Assembly (NCBI RefSeq): GCF_036365525.1
Contig: NC_090373.1
Span: forward strand, 13,383,935 to 13,447,934
Length of the DNA stretch: 64,000 nucleotides
Direction: 5' to 3'
Source of the DNA: Heterodontus francisci
Taxonomy: Eukaryota
The notes under the pieces were generated by a model that ran no database searches, had not been told where the DNA came from, and saw only the letters and a list, made by a program, of their open reading frames with translations. Positions 51,130 to 62,548 of this stretch are shown in pieces. The position numbers and the translations under genes are program-made. Each line of letters begins with the position of its first letter. Position 1 is the first letter of the stretch.

Positions 51130-52132
51130 TGTTACAACCGAGGTGGGAGGAGTGCACTGTTCATTCTAGTCACACCTTTCCACAGGTTACAACATATATT
51201 TAAATTTTTCCACTTACCGATACAATCATATACTCTATTTTTCCCAGAATAAAACACGCTAACCAAGTTTCTTTAATAAACAACAAAATTATCAGATTAT
51301 AAAATAAGTCTTAACCAGTAATGAAATAAAGCATAAACACACAGATTGAAATATTCAAGTACCCTCTTTTACCTTAGCCCTCACACTCACACCAGTTAAC
51401 CAGAAAAATAAAAGGGATTGTTGTTTAGAGCTTTGTTACAAAAAAAAAGACAAAAAAACCCACTTAGGATGAATACTTGCTCATTCTTGAAGAAAAAACT
51501 GATGAGATATGCTGTGTTCCAAAACGGGCACACAGTCTAGCCTCCGAGTACACGTAGACTGGTCACTGGGATCTTTTAGAACAATTCTTTTCAGACGGCA
51601 CGAGAATTAATTTAGCAGGCTTTTCTTCAAAGACAGGAGACGAGATGAGTTGACACAGTGGACTTCTCAGGGTCTTTCAGAGAGGGGCTAGAAAGCTGAG
51701 CTGGGTTGTAAGTTTTCTCTCCTTCCTTGGGAATTCTCCTCTCCTTGGAAGTTCTCTTCTTCTTCTGCAAGCTTTTTAAAGAGATGGAACAGGCTGGGCT
51801 GATCTGGGGTTCAATCCTTCAGTTGTTTTTTTAAACCCTAACACCTTTTAAAGAGTTCATTCTGAACTCCAAAGAATTCAAAAGAGAATCTGGAAACAGC
51901 AAGTCCACTTTCTGACCTGTCACTTCTCTGTACACAGCTTCCCTAGTTATCAGGGTTTCTGTTCTATTTTTAACTTGAGTCATGTGACAACCAGTAAGTG
52001 TTGTTGTCAAACAAGTCCTTTCAGTGTCCTCTTGATGACCCTCTTGAAAAAAAAAACTGGTCCAACATTTCTTCAGTTTGACTATGAATCCTCAAAAATA
52101 TATTTGACAGAAACAGAAGCACTTTCATAACA
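51130..52132. mobile_element. solo LTR, ~1.0 kb
   Basis: TGTTACAACCGAGG...CATAACA; both ends homologous to 31314-31924. Confidence 0.8.
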
Positions 52133-52571
52133 ATACGCGTGTTCATATAACCCGATGAAGCTCTACTTTGGATAGTGACTTTGCAAGTTTGCAAATTATT
52201 CATATTATGAAATGTTAAAACTTTAAAATTAAACTAAAAATGGGTTATGTTTTGCATTGAAGTATTGTTTAATTTCTATCCTTTAAATAGACAACATTGA
52301 GATGAATTTGTATAAATTTATGAATAGTGTGTGTATTTTTCAGCTTAATTCAGGGACGATAGCTGTTAAATAATTTGTCTTTTTCCCAGCAACGCAACTA
52401 CTGTTTTCAGTGAAAAATAATCAAATAAAGCTGCACGCTTCCTTCTTCCACACCATGCTGAGGTTAAGGCTCAAAGCACCATTGCCTGCTTTAACTTAAT
52501 TCTTTCTCAGAATCTCAATATTGTAGAAGTCCTTCCCTCTGACTCTTCTGGCTCCTCAAACCCAAACATAA

Positions 52572-53267
52572 AGGGGAATTTTATCCTCGTGGTGGGAATC
52601 TCAACCTCCATAGAAACTGACGCCAAGATCCCCATGTCGTCTCCTTTCCAGAAGGTCTGCCGAGTTTAATGCCAACCAGACACTTAAGTGGACAGTGGCA
52701 GGCCTTCCTTAGGATCTAGATTCCCGTTGCCGGAAGTACCGCCCTTGGAGGAGGTGGCCGCTGCTGGAGATGACCACTTTGGAGGCCGAGGAACTTGGCT
52801 GGAGCCAGGCCTCAGGGAGGTCAGGGCGGGAGGTGTCTCATGTGGGAGGGGGGCAGAGGGTGGTCGGCAGCAATGGCCCTCAGCGGCACCTCCCCCTCCC
52901 CCCCCCCACCCACCCCCAATGCTGGGTCCCTCATTAAGTGCCTTTGAACGAGGAACCCCACCCTGCCCCGGGAGCCAGGAAGCAGCCCATCAGTTTTCTG
53001 TGCCGTGCTTCTCGTGTGGCAACAGAGCCGCTCACTGCACGGGTAACTGCAGCTGCGGTGGAAAGAGGCCCTTAATTTGGGGTTAATTGCCCAATTGAGG
53101 GCCTCAATTGGTGGCCATTTCCAGGCCTTCCCACCCTGGACTAATTTTTGGCGGAAGCGGGATGTTGGCGGGACGCGGGAACCATCCCCCCCCCCCGCCA
53201 CCATCCCACCGATTTTATGCTCTCCCCACCTCCAGACCCGCCGTGGGAGACAGCATAAAATTCCCCT
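52572..53267. mobile_element. Harbinger-like MITE
   Basis: Perfect 13-bp TIR aggggaattttat / ataaaattcccct; GC-rich interior; palindrome at 53067-53103. Confidence 0.75.
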
Positions 53268-55319
53268 CTTCGTGTCACTTCATGACTAGTTCTTGAACTA
53301 TCTTTTTCTCTCCTCAACCTTAGTGTTTGGGGCCTTAGCGTCTCAAATTCAAATAACTAACCCGCATGCATGACTATTTTCACTGCTGGCTCATAATGGA
53401 ACCAGCGATTAGGAGTCACCAAAAGCTTTGTTGAACAGGTAGGGGTGACAAAGATTTGAAAAGCCGAAGAGCAATGGAGATGTTTAGGGAGTGAATTCCA
53501 GAGAGTGGAAACCCAAGCAGCTGATGGTAACTTAATGCCTTAAGTTACTGAGATAGTTAAATGGTTTATTAGACAAGAAAAATGCAAGTTCGGAATACAC
53601 GGGAGGGCTGATTCATTGGTTGGGCACTCCCAGCAAGCAGCAGAACTCATAGGGTAAACAGGTCAGGCTACCTTCGGCCCCCTGCTCCTGATCTTCTGCC
53701 CAATCGTTTTAATAGGTAAAACCAGGACTTGCAGGCCTGTTACTTGCTGGGTGTGCCCACATCCAGAACCAGCCCGGGGATCTCTGTCTTGATCCTGCCA
53801 CTATCTCAAACCGTGCAGCATTCATTGCGAGAGAATTAGATTTCCCCATCACCACAAGCAGTGTTGTTCGCTGCTGCTTCAGCCTCAGACAACTATGCTT
53901 TAATCTCTTATCATGAAATATGAAACTGAATATGAACTGTTGCCATGTCAGACTAAGAAAACATGCACTGTAGAAATAAATGAAAAACAAATCAAAGGTT
54001 TCCCAAAAATACACCTCTTGTGACATAATTCTGTGAGCTCTGCTCCCAAATGTATCTGAATTCTCACAAGATATTCTGTCTCAATCATACATTCTGTTTT
54101 ACATGTTACAAACTGCTTAAACAAGACCAAATACACATGACTCGTGAATTCAGTATATCAACGCATTGCTCCACAAGATGATAAAGTATGGGTTGACCCC
54201 TACAATTTCCTCAATCTCTTGATCTCAGCCTTATGAGCCAAAGGAAGTGGGGAATGGGAGGAGATTCGCTATGCAGTCAATGTGCTTTGACCAGTAGCAG
54301 GAAGGGGAAAGGATGCACTGCAGGCCACTGATGCAGACCGATGAGTGGTGATCTGAGAAGTGGCAAGGGGCAAGTGTTGGAAGTCGCTCATCCATTCCAC
54401 CTCTCAACAGGGGGTGGTGCAGAAAGAACTAAACTGGGAGAATAATTTTAAATGCTGAAATGCAAATGGAGTAAAACTAACACAAAAACAATAAATGCAG
54501 AAAGAAAATAAACATTGTGCAGAAGAAAACAAACTTAGCTAAAACCTTTATTACCAAAAGTCAATGTTAGCAAACTTCTGAGTAATAGCACAAGTGAGTA
54601 CCTCAGAAGTTAAGTGTGGAACAAAAAATAGCCCATTTGGCCCACTCAGCTGCTCTCTCAACAGGTTATAAAACAGCTTGTCCATATGATAACCTCTACA
54701 CAATTTATGCAACCTGTAAAAGGAGACAAATAATCTATTGGTTAAAACTTCTCGGCGAAGTAAACAAGTGTCATTTCTCCCACATACTCCCTCAGAGGTA
54801 ACCAAATGAAACTGCGGAATGTGTAGTAATAAGATTGGAACATCTATCCCATCATTTAAGTCCTTGTTCAACATCCACATAGAATATTTTTTTTCTTCTT
54901 CCAATCTTTAGACTTTCCTTCTATCCTTCTACTTCCTATTGATTTAATAATCTCTCCAATTCCATATTAAATATACCAGCAGAGTACAGATTCACTGCAC
55001 TAGGTACAAGCTGTTCAAAATTCCGTTTGGTGTCTTGCATTGATTATGAACGGGGGCGGGGGAACATCTATCATTCTTCAAAAGTTTCTTATTCAGCTTG
55101 TGCCTTTCTTAGTTGATAATCATCTACCTGCTCTTCTGCTGCAGCTCAGCTAACCCCCCCTACATCAACCAATCAATTCTTTTCATAAATACCTCAACCT
55201 TCAACATCTCCCCACATATGCTGGAGAATTAACTTTAGTGGGAGTTCTCCCAAATTAGGAATGTGCTATTCTGAGTCCAGTGACAGACACTGGTGTGGAA
55301 ATTCACTTGGGCACAATTT

Positions 55320-56065
55320 CAACAACAGCAATTTGTATTTAGAAATCGTCTTTATGTAATAAAACATCCCAAAGTGCTTCACAGAGACATTATAAAAAAA
55401 AATGACACCGTGCCACGTAAGGAGATATTAGGTCAGATGACAAAAAGCTTGGTCAAAAAGTTGCTTTTAAGGAGTGTCTAAAAGGAGAAAAGCAAAGTAA
55501 AGAGGCGGAGAGGTTTAGGGAGGGAATTGCAGAGGTTAGGGCCGAGGCAACTGAAGGCACGGCCACCAATTGTGGAGCAATTAAAATCAGGGTGCTCAAG
55601 AGGCCAGAACTAGAGCAGCGCAGTTACCTCGGAGGGCGTGGGGCTGCAGGAGATTACTAACAGAGGGAGGGCTGAGGCCATGGAGGGACTTGAAAACACA
55701 GATGAGAATTTTAAAAGCTGGTTAACCGAGAACCAATATAGATCAGTGAGCACAGGGGTGATGGGTGAATGGGACTTGGTGCGACTTAGGACACAGGCAG
55801 CAGCGCTTTGGATGACCTCAATTTTATGGAAGGTAGGATGTGAGAGGCTAGCAAGGGGTGTGTTGGAATAGTCAAGTCTAGAGGGAAAGGAAGGCATGAA
55901 TAAGGGTTTCAGCAGCAGAAGACCTGAGGCAGGGGCAGAGATGGGCGATGTTATGGAGCTGGAAATAGGAGGTCTTAGAGATGAAGCAGATATGTGGTCG
56001 GAGGCTCATGCCAGGGTCAAAGATGGCACCAACATTGTGAACAATCTGGTTTAGCCTCAGACAGT
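55320..56065 (-). mobile_element. L2 ORF2 C-terminus and 3' end
   Basis: NVGAIFDP, AAETLIHAF, SRLDYSN, IQSAAACVL and PITPVLTDLYW. Confidence 0.88.
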
Positions 56066-56160
56066 TGCCAAGGAGAGGAATTTCCCAGAATGGGTGCAGT
56101 TCAGACAATTGGTGCCCCAACCAGGGATCTCTGGGCCTCATTTCAATCATTTAAGAGTGC

Positions 56161-56443
56161 TGTTGGATCTTGTTGCTCTTTAGTGTAATGTATTGCAGTG
56201 GTCACTTCACTGTTAAGAAACCATACCTTTAGGAGATCAGGCTACTGATGCAATGATGACATCATCAGACATATGTAAGGAGGAGACACCATTTTGTGAG
56301 GCTCACTCAGCACATGGCTTTACAGAGGGCAGACGCACACCAGTAAGGAAAAGACTATACCTGAAATCATGCAATATCGATAAGTAAAACAAAGCCTGCT
56401 GTTATCACTTAATGAAGACTTAGGAATACAGCAAAACACAACA
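56161..56443 (+). mobile_element. possible short solo LTR
   Basis: TGTTG...CAACA inverted termini; no TSD recognised. Confidence 0.4.
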
Positions 56444-56479
56444 TTTTGCATATATAAAAGGCCTAACACCTGTTACAGA

Positions 56480-57585
56480 TGGGGCCTTACCAAATTCATG
56501 CCTTGAGAAATGCGTCATGGACTGTGAAATCGGCTATTTTGCGAACTTTGCGTGTTTTATTGATTGACACAAGGCTCACCTCACTGACCGCTAGGCATGT
56601 TGCGAACATCACACATTTTAGTGATTGACACAAAGCTTACTTCATTGGTAGATGAGGGAAAGCTTCTGGTGCAGTTTTGAGAGAAGCATTCTCAAGAATT
56701 AGCGGACAAGTGAGAATGCCCAGAATGAGCACATCAAAAACAGCCACAATCATTACTGCAACACATCGAGTGAAAGATTTTGGAAGCCAAATTCTGCATG
56801 CCGATGGTGGAATAATCTTTTGTACAAGCTGCAATTATTTGTTAGATCACACTTGGCGGGCAACGGTTCAGTGCTACTTAGAATCCAAAAGCCATTGCAG
56901 CAGAAAGAGAGCATCCGACACTGCACTGCTGGAAAACAAATAGGCAAAAAAGCAAGCAACAATTTCATCTCTTTTTAAGGAGTCGACAGAGAGCTCAGAA
57001 AATCGTCAGCTGGTTACAATGGAACGTGTGGATGCTTTTGCAAGCGCCAACATGCCATTGGAAAAACCTGCTCACTTGCAAAGTTGCAAGTATTCATTCA
57101 ATGTAATGTGCACAATGTTGGCTGCTTGGGAGGTGTAAATAAACTATGACAGGACTAACTACCGAAGGTTTTTGCTACATGTTGTGAGGAGATGCAAAAT
57201 TCCCCAAGACTAGCACGACACTGTCCGACAATTCCACAAACTCTGTGGACGCGGAGAGAGCTGTGTCTAAACACAAACAGGTGTTCACACAGGCGCAGAG
57301 ACAGGGAACAGGGAAAGAGATGGTTGCAGGTTGCTCCATGCTCGCATTCAACCACTGACTTCGGTGAATAAAGAATGTGACCTGTTTAAAGTCAGCTTTT
57401 TACAATAGTTTTTGCATTTACAATAAACGCTATTTGAAACCAGAAATCTCCTTTGCGTTTTTTTTTTGCTTTAAATAGATCATTTTCATGGTTTGTTGCT
57501 ACCCCATGAAATTTATGAATTAAATGTGAAATCATGAAATTCACCATTCTTAAAATGCCGTGACTGTGAATTTGGTCGAGCCCTA
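56480..57585 (+). mobile_element. hAT DNA transposon of the CGGBP-related type, internally deleted
   Basis: TIRs tggggccttaccaaattcat / gtgaatttggtcgagcccta (15 of 20 match). Degenerate 8-bp TSD gttacaga / gttgtagg with three transitions. Contains a CGGBP1-like N-terminus joined to a hAT dimerisation motif. Confidence 0.85.
56716..57355 (+). pseudogene. CGGBP1-like zf-BED/DNA-binding module fused to hAT C-terminal dimerisation domain (catalytic core deleted)
   Basis: SKTATIITATHRVKDFGSQILHADGGIIFCTSCNYLLDHTWRATVQCYLESKSH, KKQATI, ANMPLEKPAH, VHNVGCL...L*QD*LPKVF, then TNSVDAERAVS. Three in-frame stops and two frameshifts; AATAAA at 57367. Confidence 0.85.
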
Positions 57586-57904
57586 GTTGTAGGCGACCAG
57601 CCCAGACGCCTGAAAATTGTCCACAGTCAATACTGCCACGATGATGACCATTTTCAACCCCATTATTTATGGATTGGATGGCCTATTTTTCCTCCTCAGA
57701 AGGGGAAATAATCTCCTAACTTGCATTTGAAGAAAAACAGAGACATTGTCTCATATATGACAGCAGGACTAAGGATGTGATAGTGCCTTTATTGCAAACA
57801 CATGACTGAACTGGCCCTACTGTTTGCATGGGAAGGATAACACTTTTGTGTTTGCTACTGACCTTTCCTGCTTTCTATGGCAAACTGCAGATGATAAACA
57901 GGAA

Positions 57905-58555
57905 CAGCCATTCGAGCCAGTTACACCATTCCAGTAGATCATGGCTGAATTATACCTCAATCCTATTTACCTATCTTTGTGCCATATCCCTTGATACCGT
58001 CACCGAACAAGAACCTATTAATAGGAACAGAACAGTTTTGGTCTCATGACCTATGGAAGGATATAATTGCCTTAGAGGGGGTGCAAGAAACATTCACTAG
58101 ATTGCTTCCTGCAACGAGAGGTTTGTCCTATGAGAAGAGATCAGATAGAATGGGCCTCTATTCCGCGGAGTTTAGAAGAGAGAGGTGATCTCATTGAAGC
58201 ATATAAAATTCCTAAAAATTCAGGGTATAGGCTGAAAGTTTGTTTCCCCTGGATGGGGAATCTAAAACACAGGGTCACAGTCTCAGTATAAGGGGTTTAG
58301 GACTGAGATGAGGAGAAACTTTTTCACTCCGAGGATTGTGAATCTTTGGAATTCTGTACTCCAGAGCGCTGTGGATGTTCAGTCATTGTGTCTATTCAAG
58401 GTAGCTTTTTGGACTCTTAAGAGAATCAAAGTATACGGGGACATTGCAGGAAGGTGGAGTTGACGCAGAAGATCAGCTAAGATCTGACTGAATGGCAGAG
58501 CACGTTCGAGAGGTCATGTAGCCTACTCCTGCTCTTATTTCTTATGTTCTTATAA
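57905..58555 (+). mobile_element. CR1 3' portion preceded by an inverted CR1 3' UTR piece (57905-58020)
   Basis: QFWSHDLWKDIIALEGVQ...GLSYEKR, then 3' UTR with tail ttcttatgttctta. Confidence 0.8.
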
Positions 58556-59633
58556 GCACAGCAGCAGATTTTCTTTCATTATTAACAGGAAAAGTATCAA
58601 AAATAAAACTTTGCTGAACTGTAATTTGACATAATTTACACACACCGTAATTACCAATTACATTCTGACAGGGCTGTTGCTTTAGGCACAGCTTTATTTT
58701 GAAGTGAAGGGCAGTGCCGCCCTCGCAGTTGGCTGTAATATGACAGAACCACACATTCATCATGCTGCTTGTGGGAAAACATTTGAAAACCTTTTCTGGT
58801 GCAAAGAATGTTAAAACAGCAGCGTTGCCGTGTTGGGAATATTCATGCAAAAAGTTTAATGGGTTGCTAAAAATTGTTTAAGGATGTGTGTCACTACAAG
58901 TTTGCAGCAACATGCTTTGGCTGAAACTGGTTCACCTCAGCAGGCTTTTGTACGTTCAAGTGAACTGAATCGTTACAAATTGAGAATGTTTACAAAATAT
59001 TAACAAATTCCCCTGTGCATGTGCAAGGATGAGAACATGTACAAGTATATATCGGTGACATCTGTAGACTGAGAAGGACTAGTTGATACATGACAACTTT
59101 GACTATGGGAGGGATTCTCATAAATAGAGCACAGTGAGAACAGGAATATATGCATGTGGAGGATTTGAGAAGGATTGTTTGAAATTGATACAACAATTAA
59201 TAGCAAAAACAGCCTCAAATATATACACCCATCTTCTAGTTTATGATTATTAAGTATTTTATTTATTTATTATGCTGTAATAATGTTAGATAATTCAGAT
59301 ATCTGTATCTCTGGCATCTGGGCTATTGGGATTGAAAAGTACATATACAGACACACACACACCCTTGCACACTTTTCCCAGCAAAGTTTGAATAAGGAAA
59401 CATCTAATCACAGGGATTGAGCCAATTGAGTAAATGCGCTAAGGAATATAAGATGGACTTAGATGGAAATAACAGTAAGGTTGACTGGAACAGCTGCTGA
59501 AGTATGCGTACACTGTGAAGGGTTGCTGATGTGGAAAGGCGGAAAACATGAAAGGATTTGAGTCTGATTACTGAGGCTTCACTGAAAATGCTCTGTTATT
59601 ACAAAGCTGTTGTGGTAAGAATATGAGAAAGTA

Positions 59634-60715
59634 CAAGAACATAAGAAACAGAAGCTAGAGTAGGCCATTAGGCCCTTCGAGCCTGCTCCACCATGAAAAC
59701 AAGACAAAGACTGATCTTCTATTTCAACTCCGCCTTCTCACACTATCCCCTTAACTCCGTCAGTATCCAAAAATCTATGAAGCTCTGTCTTGAATAAACT
59801 CAATAATTGAGCATCCACAGCTCTGTGGGGTAGAGAATTCCAAAGATTCACAACCCTTTGAGTGATGAAACTACTCATCATCTCAGTTCTAAATGGACAA
59901 CCCCTTATTCTGAGACTGTGACCCCATGTTCTAGATTCCCCAGCCAGGGGAGACATTTTCTCAGCAGCTACCCTGTCAAGCCCTTTAAGAATGTTATATG
60001 TTTCGATTAGGCCACCGCTCATTCTCCAGGGAATAAAGGCTTAGTCAACTCAATCTATCCTCATAGGACAATCCCCTCATCCCAGGAATCAGTCCAGTGA
60101 ATCTTCGTTGCAATCCCTCTAGGGCAAGTATATCCTTCCTTAGGTAAGGAAACCGAAACTGCACACAGTATTCCAGGTGTGATCTCACCAATGCCCTGTA
60201 TAATTGTAGCAAGACTTCTTTAGTCTTGGACTTCAATCCCTTTGTAACAAAAACAAACATCATTTAACTTTCTAATTGCTTGCTATATCTACATGTTAAC
60301 TTTCTGTGATTCATGTACAAGGACACCCAAGCCCCTCCGAAAGCAAACATTTCCCAGTCTCTCACCACTCATAAAATATTCAGCTTTTTAAAATTTTTCC
60401 TACCAAAGTGGATAACTTCACACTTCGTCCCATTGTATTCCATCTTCCATGCTCTAGTCCACTCACCCAATCTGTCTACATCCCTCTGCAGCCTCTTCGA
60501 ATCATCCTCACTGTTTACTTTCCCAATTAACTTTGTATTGTCAACAAACTCTCAGTCCCCTCATTTAAGTCATTAATAGAGACTGTAAATAGCTGAGGCC
60601 CAAGTAGTAATCCTTGCAGTGCCCTCCTAGTTACAACTTGCCAGCCTGAAAATGTCCTGATTATTCCTACTGTCTGTTTTCTGTCCACTAACTAATCCTC
60701 AATCCATGCTAATAT
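59634..60715 (-). mobile_element. CR1 RT to 3' end
   Basis: LYRALVRSHLEYCVQF and GLIETYNILKGLDRV; tail aagaacataagaa. Confidence 0.88.
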
Positions 60716-61569
60716 GTAAAGTGTGGAAAAGGCCACGCACGTGCTCTATTTCTTAAGAGTCAGTCCGACTATGGAATTTACAAGTAACTGTTCATCGCAA
60801 CTCCTGTTGGGTTCAAATAATGAAACAGGGTAATCAAATGTTTGTCCTTTTGAAAATAAACTGTAATAATTAATTATAACCTTTTGCTAGCTTTTAGGGC
60901 ACATGGCTAAAGGTAAGTGCCACAAGGAACAGAATTCTAGCCAAGAACACTTTGAAAAATTGCTTTGTGGAAGGAACAGGCTTGAAGGGTTGAATGGTTG
61001 CTTCACGTTCCATACCTAGGTGTTTTTTTGTAATTTAGAGGACCCTATGTTAGTATTCGATCATGTTTTGCAGAGTCCTGAATTTCAGAAGAAGCCTGAA
61101 AGTCCAAGTTGTGGACATAATATCAATCACCATAAAAGCATTGATTTTTTTCTGTCTGAACTCTGAGAACCATCTCTCCCACTCTATGCCCACACATGCT
61201 TGGCAATGAGCAGAATGTAGATTACAGGGTAATACAGAGGTAAACAAGGGATGGTGTGGTGGCATTGTGCATTGCAGGTGCCAAGGTGCAACAGCTCAGT
61301 ATAGCAGACGACTGTGGTCATCTGAGCTGCCATGTGAGGAAGCCAAGACGAGTTAGGCACTTTTCCGACAACAAATCAGACTAAACTGGAGGGACAGCTG
61401 CTCACTCCCAGGCTCATCTCACACCGTTTCCCGTGGTGAATTCCAGAGCAGAAGTGACAGAGACCGAGGAGCAGTTTATCCATGCTTCTTCTCTGTCTTG
61501 GAAAGTCTGCTTCAGAGAGAGATTCAAGCAATGGATGGAAAAGGGGAAATAGTTTACAAAGCCAGTGAA

Positions 61570-61855
61570 TCTAAGAAATAGGATCTGGAGTAGGTCATTT
61601 GGCCCTTCAAGCCTGCCACGCCAGTCAAAAAGATCACAGCTGATCTTCCACCTCAACTCCACCTTCTCGCACTATCTCCATATCCCTCAATTCCCTCAGT
61701 ATCCAATAATCTGTCAATCTGTTGAATATGCTCAACAACTGAGCATCCACAGCTCTCTGGGGTAGACAATTCCAAAGATTCACAAGCCTTTGAGTGAAGC
61801 CACTTCTTCACATCTCAGTCCTAAATGGCCGACCCCTCACTCTGACTCTGTTCCA
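61570..61855 (-). mobile_element. CR1 3' end
   Basis: Homologous to 59640-59930. Confidence 0.75.
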
Positions 61856-62548
61856 GATGAATCATTGACAAATGCATTTTCAGGTGAAGAAAACTTATAT
61901 TTCCAAAGATAACACAATGACAGAGTGATTTTTTAAAGCAGTTTTCTCTAACCTTGAGGGGTGTAAAAGCTATTAGGATATTCATTCAAAAATATTTTGT
62001 TCAGCTGAGTATAGACAACAAATGTTAAGAACAGAATATATCAAAAGCAGTGCTGATATGAAAAATATCTCCTCTTGTAAATAATCTGGTCACCCTCACT
62101 GCTGGAGATATTTATCACATCTCCCCACTGACCAGACATATCCCGCAACTTTCATTCACAAATAGCCAGAACCAGCTTAAAAGTATCCAACACAAAGGGA
62201 AGTTTTTGGACAGCATCTAACCCTTTGAAGGCTGAATTTTCATAAAATGTTGGTGCCTGTTGCTTACCAAGTCTATGAAAGATCTGAAGCTTTTTTTTTA
62301 AAAAGTGTTATCTGATTTTAGAAATATCTTCCCCACTCACTCCTACGATGCTGGTTCACACGAAAAGTACTGTTCCACAGATACCCACAGCTCTCTGTAT
62401 CATACCCAGTGACCATTCACCATGTGGGAGCTAGGCAATGAGGTCAGGCTATTTAGACATGATGGGAAACACAAATATGCTTGACTATAAATCTCACCCA
62501 TGTGCACACCACAATAGGGGCAAACTGAGAGAGGTAATGGACACCCTC

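Noticed and set aside
56677-56943. A functional host CGGBP1 gene
   Set aside because: It has in-frame stops and frameshifts, has lost a zinc-ligand His, and is enclosed by TIRs and a TSD, so it is a dead transposon copy.
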